This document shows, piece by piece, positions 1 through 13,697 of a DNA stretch of 64,000 nt (within the stretch, counting starts at the first letter, position 1; the number at the start of each line of letters is the position of its first letter). The position numbers were made by a program, and so were the translations under genes. The notes beneath the pieces are model-generated. The model searched no databases. It worked only from the letters and a program-made list of their open reading frames with translations, and had not been told where the DNA came from. The DNA is taken from contig NC_043011.1 of assembly GCF_006345805.1 (NCBI RefSeq), forward strand, positions 53,332,464 to 53,396,463, in the 5' to 3' direction. The stretch comes from Octopus sinensis (taxonomy: Eukaryota).

Positions 1-1973
1 CTATAGTAGAAGACACTTGCCCAAGGTGCCATGCAGTGGGACTCAACCCAGAACCATGTGGTTGGTAAGCAAGCTGCTTACCACACAGCCATGCCTGCTT
101 TATACAGTATTTGATTAAAAAAAATTTTTTTTAAAAAAGGAAAGGAAGGAAAATGGTTGAAACCTCTTTGATCAGTAATACCACTGTTCAGCTAAGGATG
201 ACTTGGGGTTAAATAACTTAAGACAAACAATGCTTAAGATCTTTTTTTTTTCTTTGAAGATTGGACTATATTTCTATCTATTTTACCTCAGACTTTCAAG
301 TTCTCTAACTTGCAATCATGCTGGATAGAGGGAAGACCTATTGTGTCTTCTATTGGCGGTGGTAGTGGGTTCTGAATTAGTTTCAATTTCTTACTGAACG
401 GCAGACACACCGTCATAAATTGTTCCTTCGAAAGATTCAATGTCTTTCAACATGTTTACTCGTGCCGAAGCAGACCACCAACTCGTCTCTTCAATTTCTA
501 GTGATTATATTTGATTAGTACCACTAATACATTGGGGATTGATTAAAGCGACTATACCTATCTTTGCTAAAATTGGCCGCGTGCCTAATCAAACGAAATC
601 AATAATTTCTGATAAGAGAATGGTAATCATGGCCGATACAGTATAAACTAGACAGGATACTTGACTATAGTCTTTCTCTATTTTCGTTTTATAAAAGCAC
701 AGTTACATCTAAATTTTAGCTAGTTCTGTTAAAATAGAGCACAATGAGTGCTACTTTTGGCGGGGACAGGCATCGACTGGTTTATAGATAGAAAGAAAAT
801 ACCTTAAAATACGTTTAGCCCAGAATTAAACAAGAGAGGGTTACCAACAGTCAGCAGTAAGAAGTAAATAAACTGTGGTGAAATATTATTAAGTAGCAGC
901 GGTATTGCTACAGAATATTGATTTCTTAAACTGGCACGCGGCCACAAGTCTGTAAAAGGAAAGAGGTATATTCGAATAAATTTGAACTCCGTTCATAGAG
1001 GAGTGAAACGAAAAGCTGTAAAACATTTTGTTTAGCTTGTTTCAATCATAAACCAAACAAGGGAACCACTACATGGTCACACGACTAGCTAGCAATAGTA
1101 GCCAAATTTTCTTTAAAATAAAGACTTTGATTATAGGGTCTTTTGAACCAAGTCTGACGTGGGACTATAAATTTATTTCTGCCAAATGTTGCTTATGTCT
1201 CTGTAAAGTATAATAATATACTACAGTCGTTCTTTTGTCCTTGCTTAGTCAAAGTTCATCTCTAATCGAGGAGGCCTCTCATCAAAGAAAGGATTTACAA
1301 GCCCGACCAATACGACATTTGGGAAATGAACGACTACATGACACATTGTCTCTTTTACCTTTTTTTTTTTTTTCTAAAAATGGTAGGGTGTAATTTGAGG
1401 AAGATTAGGTTGATGTTTATAACCGATTGAGCAACATTCCAGAGGATCTGTGATGGATTCGTGGTCGTTTCCTTAAAATAAAAAAAATATTTCCCTTATC
1501 AAGTGATTTGAATGACATCTTTGGATTGGAGTGTCCTTAACGAAAGTGAAAGTAAATGCGGCAGAAACCGGAAGTGACGACAATGATCTCAAAATTTCAT
1601 AAAATCATACCCCTCACCACCACCACCACCACCATTATCCCACGTTCACAGACACCTAGTGATATGTTAAGTATTTCAGAAGTAGAAGCTGAGGTACCCC
1701 GTTTCAGTTTGTGATTATTTTCATCTTATATAAAACAGATGTATGGTTTTCATATTATATCAAATATATGTACGTTCTGTACATTGGTTATGTCGAATAC
1801 ATTGCTTACAAGGAGTGCTGGGATGTCACTCTCGGTTTCTATCGCAATTACTTTCAATTTTTTTAGGATAGTAAACTGTATGTTAACTAGATTTGATGTT
1901 CCCTCAAAATTTCAGTTTTATTTCGGTTGGCTCAGAGGAAAGAGATGTATATTTTACAAATAAGTGCAGGTAT

Positions 1974-2397
1974 GGCGCAGGAGTGATTGTGTGGTAAGTA
2001 GGTTGCTTACCAGCCACATGGTTCCGGGTTCAGTCCCACTGCGTGGCACCTTCGGCAAGTGTCTTCTACTATAGCCTCGACCCGACTAAAGCTTTGTGAG
2101 TGGATTTGGTTGACGGAAATTGAAAGAAGCCCTTTGTGTGTATGTGTGTGTGTGTATGTGCGTGTGTGTATACGTGTGTGTGTGTGTGTCTGTATTTGTC
2201 CCCCATCCTCCACCACTGCTTAACAATTAGTGTTGGTGTATTTGCGTCCACATAACTTGGCGGTTCGGCAGAGGATACTGATAGAATAAATACCAGGCTT
2301 AAAAAAAAGTATTGGAGAGTATTCATTTGACTAGATACCCTTCGAGGTGGTGCCCCAGCATAGCCGCAGTCTAATGACTGAAACAAGAAAAAGATAA
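1974..2397 (+). mobile_element. SINE family A (tRNA-derived head, internal microsatellite, AAAGAG tail)
   Basis: GGCGCAGGAGTGGCTGTGTGGTAAG head with B-box-like GGTTCAGTCCC. More than 20 homologous copies or fragments on both strands, e.g. 1-95, 5149-5543, 28012-28425, 41265-41680, 43733-44140, 49068-49478, 52220-52590, 57295-57705, 60612-60999. Confidence 0.9.
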
Positions 2398-2749
2398 ATG
2401 AGTTATTTTCCTTTTCGTGCAGTTCTTAGTCTGATTAATATAAACAAGGTTAATAATAATATAATAATTTTTCAATATTTTGGAATTCGTAACTTTTTTT
2501 TAAAGACATTTCCGTCACAAGTGAGTTGCTTTTATTTGATTTCCTGCTGCGCTACGAAGACAAAAAACAAACATTGAGTTTGATCTGAAAGAATTTGGCA
2601 GATATTTCTAGAAGGTAGAGCGACTATATAAAAAATTTGTGATAAGAGGAATATATATATGAAAACAAGTGGATGTATTCCACTGAAACTAGGTAAATAG
2701 AAACCTTCGAACAGAGACGTCAGTGGCGACACCTGCGGGGTCTGACTGC

Positions 2750-2791
2750 GCTACATTGACAAGGGGCAATACCCCGAAACGCGTCTGTAGC
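2750..2791 (+). ncRNA. Type I hammerhead ribozyme motif with U3:A8 core variant
   Basis: GCTACA / TTGACAA / GGGG-caata-CCCC / GAA / ACGCGT / C / TGTAGC. This gives helix I 6 bp, helix II 4 bp, a palindromic helix III and a GUC cleavage triplet (cut after 2785). Confidence 0.75.
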
Positions 2792-3078
2792 TGTCGGACT
2801 GGCAGTGTGAAGCGGCTGACCTCCCTTGTTCGAAGGTTATAATGGATACAGATCGTGTATCAATAGCTATCTTAAGGCGGTGGCCTCATGGAGCTGACCA
2901 GCGGCAGCGATTATTCTTATATCTATAAGAATGCCATATTAATATGGCGATAACAATTAATTTACAGTAAACGCTGCCATAATCTCTTTTATAGAGACTT
3001 AGTAATTTTAATATTTCTATTATATATATATAATCATTTAAGTAACCAGAAGATGGATTTGGTATTAGTTTTTATTTC

Positions 3079-3182
3079 GCACAACGATCGTTTCGACCCA
3101 TCTTGCTACTGTCCCTTATGGGTGGGACACCGTGTATCATGTTGTGTTGCATCCATTCTGTAGTCTGGGTCTCGTCAGGTAC
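3079..3182 (-). ncRNA. Type I hammerhead ribozyme motif with 77-nt branched helix II
   Basis: Minus strand: GTAC / CTGACGA / GACCCA...TGGGTC (77 nt) / GAA / ACGATCGT / T / GTGC. Internal hairpin TGTCCC-acccataa-GGGACA. GUU triplet. Confidence 0.75.
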
Positions 3183-3250
3183 ATGCATACATAAAATGGG
3201 GTCTCGATAAAGATCTTGAGTTCGGGTGGTCATGTTATTTGCCCGTCGAG

Positions 3251-3300
<50 letters not shown>

Positions 3301-3314
3301 TATATACATCATAC

Positions 3315-3347
<33 letters not shown>

Positions 3348-3356
3348 CATCATACA

Positions 3357-3404
<48 letters not shown>

Positions 3405-3434
3405 ATATATATATATATATTATATATATATATA

Positions 3435-3466
<32 letters not shown>

Positions 3467-5921
3467 TATAAGAAATATTGATTTTCTAAATCTCTCGTAG
3501 AGAGTAGAGTCAAAGAAGGAAGGACAGCGTCCATGAACCTTTATCTTTTTCATGACCTCCGAAGCTGGTGAGAGAAAGTTATTCTAAAAACTGAAAGTGC
3601 TGGACAGAATGCACGCAACAGAGTGAATTCCAGCTGAAGGAATTATAAGGACAAAATGTGGTATTAAACAAGACTGAGTCTACTATCTAAGAATACGGGA
3701 CACAAAGAGCAAGAATAAAATACCACAAGGCATCTTGTGGCATTCTTTGGCTAGACTTTCTATATTTTATCGACCACGAAAGGAAGAAAAGTAAAGTTGA
3801 TCGTGGCAAGATCTGAACTCAGAGCGCATAGAGTTAGGATAAATGCTGCAAGGCATCTCGTCTGATAACTGGACATTCTGACAATCCACCACAATACTAG
3901 AATGGTACTTTATTTTATCAGTACTAAATGAATGAAAGGCAAAGCTGATCTCAGCGAGATTTGAACTCATGAAGCAGGGATCCAAAACAAATACCGCAAA
4001 GCGTTTTCTTTTATGCTCTAAAAACTGCCTGTTTTATTTACTGTCTATGAATGTTACAATCATCGAGTAATGAAGAAATCTAAAAAACATTGAAATCACT
4101 TCCTCTCAGAAGAATATCTACAAAACATACAAGACTGTTTGTTATAGCTTTGTACTTAAATGAACTTATCACATGGAGTTGAAGGAAATGTGTGAACTAG
4201 GAGTGAAACCTGCTTTTTATAAGCCAGACAAAAGAGCTATGCGGTTTTTCACAAGGGTGAGATATTTTCAAGCATGGTGGTTAGTAGTATTCATGGTTTG
4301 AACCCATGGACTACATTAATTCAATTGTTGTTGGATCCCAAACCAGACCTGATCGAGCAAGCCTATGATCAAAAGTCTTTTCTGCCTCGACAATCCCGTT
4401 TTATATTTCCCTGGGTGCAGTGAATTACATTATCTCATCAAACGTGTCCTTCTCTAATAATTCTTGTTTTTCTACAATAATCTCATCCAAATCTAGAATG
4501 CTTTATATAGGAATATTAATTAAATCGATTCCAGTACTTGAATGGCATTTTATTTTATCAACCCCTCATCTCGGAAGGAAGGTAAAAAGTTCTCGGCATA
4601 GAGAGCAGTAGCTAAATTCTTCGGGCATTTTGTAAAACACTCAGCATCCTGATATTCCACTACTATATATAAACTCTGATTAAATCTGTAATCAAAAGAC
4701 ATTCCAGATACGCCCATCCCATTTTCTTTCTACAGGGTAGTGACTTACATAACTAAACCTATCCTTTTCCAAGATTCTTCTTTTAAAATTCCTTTCTCAT
4801 TTGTAATACTTTGTAAGATTCTTAAATCAACCTCAGTGCTTAACTAGTGTTTTGGTTTATCGACCCCAGGAGGACGAAAGGCAAAGTTGACCTGGTCGAG
4901 ATTTGAACTCAGTTCGTAAAGAGTTGTCATTAAATGTTACAAATTAACTACTTTACTCAGCCTGATCGAGCAAATCTATATTTTAAAAAACCATCCAACC
5001 ATGATCCTCTCATTTTTTTTTGGGGGGGGGGGGTCATTGTGTGCCCTGGTTGCTATCTCTAGCAGCTCAGACAAGCACACTAATCTTCTTCGTTGGCTTG
5101 AGTTAGTTCGATAGTTGTTAAGCCTTAAATGAGCAGGGCATAATCAAAGGTGCAGGAGTGGCTGTGTGGTAAATAGCTTGCTAACCTACCACATGGTTCC
5201 GGGTTCAGTCCCACTGCGTGGCATCTTGGGCAAGTGTCTTCTGCTATAGCCCCAGGCCGACCAATGCCTTGTGAGTGGATTTGGTAGACGGAAACTGAAA
5301 GAAGCCTGTCGTATATATGTATATATATATAAGTGTGTGTGTATATGTTTGTGTGTGTGTGTGTGTGTGTGTTTGTCCCCCTAGCATTGCTTGACAACCG
5401 ATGCTGGTGTGTTTACGTCCCCGTCACTTAGCGGTTCGGCAAAAGAGAGCGATAGAATAAGTACTGGGCTTACAAAGAATAAGTCCCGGGGTCGATTTGC
5501 TCGACTAAAGGCGGTGCTCCAGCAGTAAAGAGTAAGAGTATATATTTAACCGGCCGACACTGTAACGATGATCTGGAAACTTGACTGATGAGAGAAGGCT
5601 GCGAACAACCCGTCCTTGTCTTTTCCTGTCCGACTTTTGCTGTTTTTCCTGTCCGTCTTTGTATCGTTTATCTGTCCGGATGTTTTATTGTCGTCTGTTG
5701 CGTTCTTGTTCCATTTCTCTCTCTCTCTCATAGATATATATATATATATAATATATAATATATATATATATATAGATATATATAAAACTAATTGTGTCCT
5801 TCCTTTTTCAAAACAACAGGGTGTAATCTGAGGGATTTTAGCTACCATTTCCAGCAGCGACGTAGAGAGGCTCCCTAGTGCAATAATGTCAAAGTGGGAT
5901 GATTTTGAACTCAAAGTACGT

Positions 5922-5955
<34 letters not shown>

Positions 5956-6641
5956 CGACGAAATTAAATACATTAATATCATTTAATATAGTGTTCTGTT
6001 CTGCTCTGTTGTCCCGGCCACCACCACCACCACCACCACCACCAATACCACCACCACCACCATCACCACCACCATCAACCCCCATTTATTAGAAATCATT
6101 ATTAAATTGAAGGCTATACGTACTTCAGTACAATCTTGAGATGATTATTTCCTTGTGTGCCATCGAAAACAATCAAAAACCTAAAATATATAAAAGAATC
6201 TCTAATCTCTTTTAAACTCCTCTTCCCCTTCTTTCCATTCACCCGCCTTCCTCTAGATTTTTAACCGATACAGAAAAATTTACATATCATCAGAAACAAT
6301 TTATATATCTCAATGAGCCATGGTGCTGTTACGGTTATGTGTGAAGGAGGCGATTTTGTGCGTTTGTTTGAATCTTTTTGGAGGTTTTTTTTTTACTTTC
6401 CTTCTTTACCAAAAACCCCTTCTTGATTTATAATATACTTATTTTGTTTCCATTTTTAACTTCTTTCTCTCTCTCTCTCTTTTTTTTTTTTTTTAAATAT
6501 AAAAATTCAATTTCATTTTTCATCTTGTCCTGAAAAAGATGAAAAATGCCAGATACTCTGCAGAGAATGATGATTAAGAGTATGGAATACATACACACAC
6601 ACACACACACACCACACTCTCTCACACACACACATATATAT

Positions 6642-6687
<46 letters not shown>

Positions 6688-8814
6688 GAGATATATGTTA
6701 TGTGGAGGGAGGGGGAAAAACAACAACAATAATAATAATAATAATAATAGTAATAATAATAATAATAATAGTAATAATAATAATGATAATAAATATAATG
6801 ATAAAATTGAACTAATTTCACTGTTTCCTGTTTTGTTTCTTTTTACCTTTGTTATGTTCCGAGGAAAATCGAATGCATATGAAGAAATCTATCTGGATCC
6901 AAGCGTGTAAAGTAATTAAACATTCCAAGCACAACTCTCACCATGCATAAATTTTACTGGTAACTTTGATGTTGTATGTTGTAAAGGAAGATGGATAAGG
7001 AGGGAGTATTGAGGGAGGAGGAGGAAGAGCAGGGGGGAAAGAGATGAGTGAGAGCGAGGGGAATGGGAAGAGAATCTATAAGAGGTAGAGAGTATACAGG
7101 AGGGAGGGAGATAGAGAGGGGGAGAGGGGGGAAAGAGAGGAAGATGAAATGAGAGGGAAAAAATGGGACGGAAAGAGGAAAAAAGAGAGAAGAGAGAGTA
7201 CTTTGAAAGAGAAATAGTAAAGTGAATGTGTGAGAATGGGAGGAACAATTAAGATAGAGTAAAAGCAATTGAGAAGGTATTGGGGGAGGAAGTGGAAGAA
7301 TTGAGAGAGAGAGAAATTGAAAGCGAGAGTGAGAGAATAGGAAAAAGGAACTAAGAATAGAGAGAGGGGGAGGAATTATTAAGAAACGACAGAGAGAGAG
7401 GGAAGCTGTAACATTAATAAAGAAAATAGAACTAATAAGCTTCTCTAATAACTCTTAACATGGCTGGCTTGATGGGAAGCTAAAGCTTTAATTTTCGTCT
7501 TTGTAACTGATTGGGTTTTTTTGGGTTTTTTTTGGTAGGAGACGGTTTTCTCCTCTTTTTTAATATATAAAGGCTTTTATCCCCCGCGAAACTACCGAGT
7601 TTGTTACGTTTGAAAATTCTTTCAGTCAACAACATTTCGTAGCAATTGATGTTAACTTCTTTCTTTTTTCAGAGTCCGACAGGGTTGTTTTAAAAAATGT
7701 TTAGGATGACGACGACTGCCGACAACTGCCGAAGTCAGGAATGCTGCTGTTGCTGTAGTGATAATGATGGCGATGGTGGCGAAGCTAAAGCACTCCATGA
7801 TGATGGTGGTGGCGGCGATGATGGTGGGGGGGAGCTAGTAACGATAGATAGTAGTCATGATGGTGGCGACGGTGTAAAAGTCGATGGTGGGGGAAGCGGT
7901 AGTAATAATAGAGCGAAGTCATGATAATGGCGACGGTGTATAAGTCGATGGTGAGGGTATAGTGGTAATAGTTACAGCATAAATAGTGGTGGTAGTGATG
8001 CTGTGACAGAGCTGGTGGTAGTCATGGTGTTGGTGATAGCGGAGTTGCTGATTCGGTTTATAAAAGTAGTGATGCTGGTGACATTATTGGAGTTCTCCAA
8101 TATCCTGGCCATGATGTTGTATGCCTCTGTGTCTAGCAGACGATCAACTTTCCTAATGGATTCATTCTCCCACCTTGGGTTTTGCTTTTTTTTTCGTGTT
8201 CTTCCTTTTTCCTTTACCTTTCGGATTTGTTTTTATAAAGTTTCTACTCAAAATGCTGTTTGGAAAACCAAATATTTGTAAAGAGATATGTAGGAGAAGG
8301 GAAGGTGAGAGGGGGGAGAGAGAAGAAGAGCTATAGGGGGGGAGTAGAGATACAATTATGAAATGATTATGAAGGAAGAGAAATGGAGAAAGAGAAAACG
8401 GGGAAAGAGTGAAAGGAATAATGGAATAGGGGGGGAGATAGAAATAGAGAGAGATAGATAGAGTCCAAGTGAGAAAGCTTCTAGAAAGCAAGGAGGAGAA
8501 AAGAGATGAGAAGGGGAAAATAAAACGGATAGCTTAAGGGTGAGTGAAAATCAAAGAGAGAAATTTTAGGGAATGCAACTGAAAGAGAGAGAGAGTGTGT
8601 GAGAGAGAGAGAGAGAGTAAAAGGATGATAGAAGATTACTAATGGAAGGAGAGAGATTCGCAGAACCAAAGATGATACAAAATGATGAAAAAAGAAAGAA
8701 AAAAGATAACTAGGTTGAATCGTTGTTGCTATAAACGGAATGACACAGTAAAAGTACAGAAAAGAAAGGGTTTAAAGAAGGCATATTGTTGCACATATTT
8801 TGGTTTTTATGTTT

Positions 8815-9640
8815 TCGTTTTTACTTGCTTCGGTCATTTGACTACAGCCATACTGGGGCACCCCCTTGGAGAATGTTTTAGTCAAATGAATCGATCCCAA
8901 TGTTTATTTTCTTTTCTTAGGTTGGTATTTATTCTATCGGTCTCTTTTGCTGAACTGCTAAGTTACATGGTTTTAAACACACCAACGCCAGTTGTCAAGC
9001 GATGGTGGGGGACAAACACAGACACAAAGACATATACACACACACACATTTATATATGATGGGCTTCTTTCAGTTTCTTATTTTTTTATTGCCTACAAGG
9101 GGCTAAACATAGAGGGGAAAAACAAGGACAGACAAAGGGATTAAGTCGATTACATCAACGCCATTGCATAACTGGTACTTAATTTATCGACCCCAAAAGG
9201 ATGAAAGGCAAAGTTGATCTCAGCGGAATTTGAACTCAGAACGTAAGGGCAGACGAAATACCTATTTCTTTACCACCCACAAGGGGCTAAACACAGAGGG
9301 GACAAACAAGGACAGACAAACGGATTAAGTTGATTATATCGACCCCAGTGCGTAACTGGTACTTAGTTTATCGACCCCGAAAGGATGAAAGGCAAAGTCG
9401 ACCTCGGCGGAATTTGAACTCAGAACCTAAGGGCAGACGAAATACTGCTAAGCATTTCATCCGGCATGCTAACGTTTCTGCCAGCTCGCTGCCTTTCAGT
9501 TTCTGCATACCAAATCCACTCACAAGGCTTTGGTCGGCCCAAGGCTATAGTAAAAAACACTTGCCTAAGAAACTACACAGTGGGACTGAACCGGGAACCA
9601 TGTGGTTGGGAAGCAAGCTTCTTACCACACAACCATGTGT
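8815..9640 (-). mobile_element. SINE A interrupted by a tandem dimer of SINE B
   Basis: The insertion at 9078-9493 is flanked by a 10-bp TSD, TTTCAGTTTC (9068-9077, 9494-9503). Confidence 0.8.
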
Positions 9641-10224
9641 GTACATATATGTTTATATCCATGTGTAGTTGTCTTTGGGTTAATTATTTGTCCCCCACCA
9701 CTACTTGACATTTGGTGTGGTTTGGTTTGTTTACGTCTCTCTTAACTTAGCAGTTCAGCAAAATGAGATCAAAAGAGTACCGGACACTCAGAAAAACAAA
9801 AAAGAATAAAAATAGATACTTAAATTAATACGCTTGACTAAAACCTCAAGGCTGTACCCCTGCATGGCTGCATTCCAATAACTGGAACAAGGAAAGAATA
9901 AGAGATAAAACAGGAAATAGAAGGCTTGCATTCATTCATTCAAAGAACAACTATTTGGAATGGTATAAAAGCTTCATATCTTTACTCTCTTACTCTCATT
10001 TACACTTTTACTTGTGTCAGTCATTTGACTGCGGCCATGCTGGAGCACCGCCTTTAGTCGAGCAAATCAACCCCCGGGACTTATTCTTTGTAAGCCTAGT
10101 ACTTATTCTATTGGTCTCTTTTGCTGAACGGCTAACTTACGGGGACGTAAACACACCAGCATTGGTTGCCAAGTGATGTTGGGTGGACAAACACAGACAC
10201 ACAAACATATACACACAAATACAT

Positions 10225-10261
<37 letters not shown>

Positions 10262-10363
10262 CACATACATATATAGTTAATCCAAACATGAAAACACAAC
10301 AACGCGAGGACGTGGAACAAGTATAGTGTTATAGGATGCTCAGAAAGGAAAGAAAGAAGGAGG

Positions 10364-10398
10364 ATTTAACGTTTCGAGCGGAGCTCTTCATCAGAAAC
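10364..10398 (-). ncRNA. Minimal type I hammerhead-like motif (PLE type)
   Basis: Minus strand: GTTT / CTGATGA / A / GAGC-tcc-GCTC / GAA / ACGT / T / AAAT. Helix I is weak (4 bp), there is an extra A after the core, and helix III is a loopless palindrome. Confidence 0.55.
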
Positions 10399-10464
10399 AT
10401 AGAAAAAGGAAAGATCCAAGGAAGGGAAGACGGAGGAAAAGAATAGCCAACAATATACATGCGG

Positions 10465-10509
<45 letters not shown>

Positions 10510-11274
10510 TACAACAGGCTTCTTTCAGTTTCCGTCAACCATATCCACTCACAAGGCTTTGGTTGGCCTGAGACTATAGTAGAAGACACTTGACCAAGGT
10601 TCCATGCAGTGGGACTGAACCTGGAACCATGTGGTTCGTAAGCAAGCTACTTACCACACAGCCACTCCTATGCCTATAATTACTAAAATTTAAAAACACA
10701 ATATGGACATACTTATTTTCTTGCACTCAGGGTTGGCCAAAAATAACTGAAGTTTTTACATTATATAACCTCCTTGTTTGTAGTTAATATTTTCTTCACA
10801 CGGAAAATTAATTCCAAATAAATTCCCCATTGACCATAAAGTAGGAAATTTTCTAAACTTTTTACTGAAGTGAGAAAAAGAAAAAAGCAAAAACGAACAA
10901 AAATAAAACAGGAAAGCAGGGCTTAGGAATTCAAACTTAAAAAGAAACATTTGTAAATGATGAAGCTTATTTTCGCCTAATTGGATATGTATAAAATAAA
11001 CTAAAATTATCAAGAAGCTGGTAAGCAAAAAATCCCATCCATGCATCGTCAACAAATACACTCCCTGTGAGTCATAATTTTGTCTCTGGAATGATGGAAG
11101 AAAAGTTATTTTCTTCATCTTTATTTTTGCCTGTAATTTTTTTTCGTGCTTTTTGTTTTTGTTTTGCTTTTCATTTTACATATGATTACCAGCTTCATTT
11201 CACCAACAACAGCAGCAGCAGCAACAGCAGCAGTAGAAGCAGCACTGTTGTCATCATCTCTTATTATTGTCGTC

Positions 11275-11600
11275 ATCATTATTGTTATCATCATCATCAT
11301 CATCACTATCATCATCATCATCATCATCATCATCGTCACCATCATTGTCACCATTATCGCCATCACCATCATCATCACTGCCATCATCATCATCACTGCC
11401 ATCATCATCATCACGTCCATCATTGTCATCATCATCGTTACAGTATTCAGTGCCATCATCATCATCATAATCACTGTCACCGTCTTCAATATCATTACTG
11501 TCATTATCATCTTTGTTGTTGTCATCATCATCATCATCGCCACTAGTATTGTCACCATTATTATCTCCATCAACTCTCTTCTCATCAGTGTTGTCATCAT
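11275..11600. repeat. (ATC)n-based degenerate trinucleotide array
   Basis: Direct reading. A similar array lies at 47280-47790. Confidence 0.95.
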
Positions 11601-12010
11601 TTAAGGTGCAAATTTGCTGAATCACAGCGCATGGAACAAAATGTATTGTGATATTCATTCCAGGTCCCTTCACTCCGTATCCAAATCCCACCAAGGCCAT
11701 GCACAAGGTAATAACAAGGCATGCGATGGCAAACTGTATATAAGGGCAAAACAGAAACAGATTAATTCTCTCTGCTTCTACGTAGCAGCGCTTGCTGAGC
11801 ATGTTTCACTGGCTGGGCCCGTCTGCATGTTGTACCTCCAGAGGCAATGTGTCCACACTAATGGAGATACAACACCACTCACACAGCTCGAGATGGTTGC
11901 TGAGAGCAACGCACTTCACCTGTTCTGTGAAACTTGTAAATAAACCGGTTGTAAATTGCATTTGTACTTAAAGACTTCTTTCTTCGCCTGCCGGAGCCTG
12001 AACTACATCT
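11600..12010 (-). mobile_element. Possible decayed L1/Tx1-type ORF2 C-terminal fragment
   Basis: SKRCYVEAERINLFLFCPYIQ resembles a degenerate C-x2-C-x7-H-x4-C knuckle. Frame-disrupted. Confidence 0.3.
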
Positions 12011-13344
12011 GAAGAACAAGATATAATGGGAGAAGGCGATATTCTTCCAATATCGTAAACCTTGCATTCCATTATAAGTTCAATTCCCAGTGATGCGTTG
12101 TGTCCATAAAGCAACACACTTCATTTCAGGTTGCTCCACTCAGCCGGCAAAATAGGAGTAGTACCTGTATTTCAAAGGGCCAGTCTTGTCCCACTCTGTG
12201 TCACGCTGAATCTCCCTGAGAACAACGTTAAGGGTACATGTGCCCGTGGAGAGCACATTGATTTCGTGAGCAGGCTGTTCCATTGATCGGATCTACTGGA
12301 ACCCTCATTGTAACTGATGGAGTGATAGTATGCTTGTGCTTAAATGTCTTTCAGTATACATGTAAACAGTGGAGGTGCAATGGCCCAGTGGTTAGGGCAG
12401 CAGACTCGCGGTCGGAGGATCGCAGTTTCAATTCCCAGACCAGGTGTTGTGTGTGTTTATTGAACAAAAACACCTAAAAGCTCCACAAGGCTCCGGCAGT
12501 GAGTGGTGGCGACCCCTGTTGTACTATTTCACCACAACTTTCACTCACTCTTTCTTCCTGTTTCATGAGTAACTCTGCGATATATTTATATATATATATA
12601 TATATTTTCAATGGCGGCCCATTTTCGCGGGGTTCCACTATTTCCCTTCTCCTCTCTCCCTCTTTTACGTTGTCTGCCATCCCCCCTCTTCCTTTGCTAA
12701 GAGCATTTTTAAGCCAGCCCGTCATATTCCCGTGTCAGCGCCGAAGAACGAAATGTTCCCAATATAAGAGAGTCTTTCTAATCTAATGTTGTGGTTGAGC
12801 TGTTTATTATTTATTATTATTACTATTATTATTAGTATTAGTATTGTCCCTTTGATCCTCGGTCGAAAATTTGCTTATTATTATTATTATTATTATTATA
12901 TTATTATTATTACTATTTTCAGCTTCGCCTTGTATTGCATATTATTTCTCCATACAGGGGTTTTTTCAATGGCGGCCCATTTTCGCGGGGTTCCACTATT
13001 TCCCTTCTCTCTCGCTCTCTCCCTCTTTTACGTTGTCTGCCATCCCCCCTCTTCCTTTGCTAAGAGCATTTTTAAGCCAGCCCGTCATATTCCCGGTGCA
13101 CCCGCCCTTGCCCACCCCCACCACCAATACCGGATATCTCTATATTTTTGCTCCATCTATACCGGATGTCGCTTCTCCCACCCACCACATATAGGTGTCT
13201 ACTCTTCGAACCCCCCTCTTCAATACGCTATTTCACCATGCATTACCCCTCTCTTGATATCCTACGACGTTCTACTTGCCTAGAACCTGTCATCATTTCT
13301 CTGAACCACCCCTCCCCACTACTGTGCTCCCCTATATTTCTCTC

Positions 13345-13600
13345 CCCCCCCACATAAAAAGCACCATCCGAACGTGGCCGATGCCAGACCCCTCTGGCAC
13401 CTGTGCAGGTGGCACGTAAAAAACACCCACTACACTCGCGGAGTGGTTGGCGTTAGGAAGGGCATCCAGCTGTAGAAACACTGCCAGACTAGACTGGAGC
13501 CTGGGGCAGTCCCGAGCTCCCCAGACCCCGGTCGAAACCGTCCAACCTGTGCTAGCGCGGAAAACGGACGTTAAACGATGATGATGATGATGATGATGAG
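13345..13600 (-). mobile_element. SINE-like family C, associated with (ATC)n
   Basis: Shared CAGCTGGATGCCCTTCCTAACGCCAACCAC core. Copies at about 16890-17450, 27815-27995, 29255-29470, 31215-31350, 32725-32900, 32985-33230 and 58680-58920. Confidence 0.8.
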
Positions 13601-13645
13601 ATGATATATATATTATATATATATGTATATATATATTATGTATAT

Positions 13646-13697
<52 letters not shown>

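Noticed and set aside
5587-5615. CTGATGA...CGAAC hammerhead-like string
   Set aside because: GAAC instead of GAAA, helix II barely pairs, and no helix I partner.
11067-11604. His/Ile/Asp-rich ORFs
   Set aside because: (ATC)n array. The same applies to 47223-47815.
12009-12060. CTGAAGA with downstream CGATATT/AATATCG hairpin
   Set aside because: Followed by TAAA, not GAAA, and helices I and III are absent.
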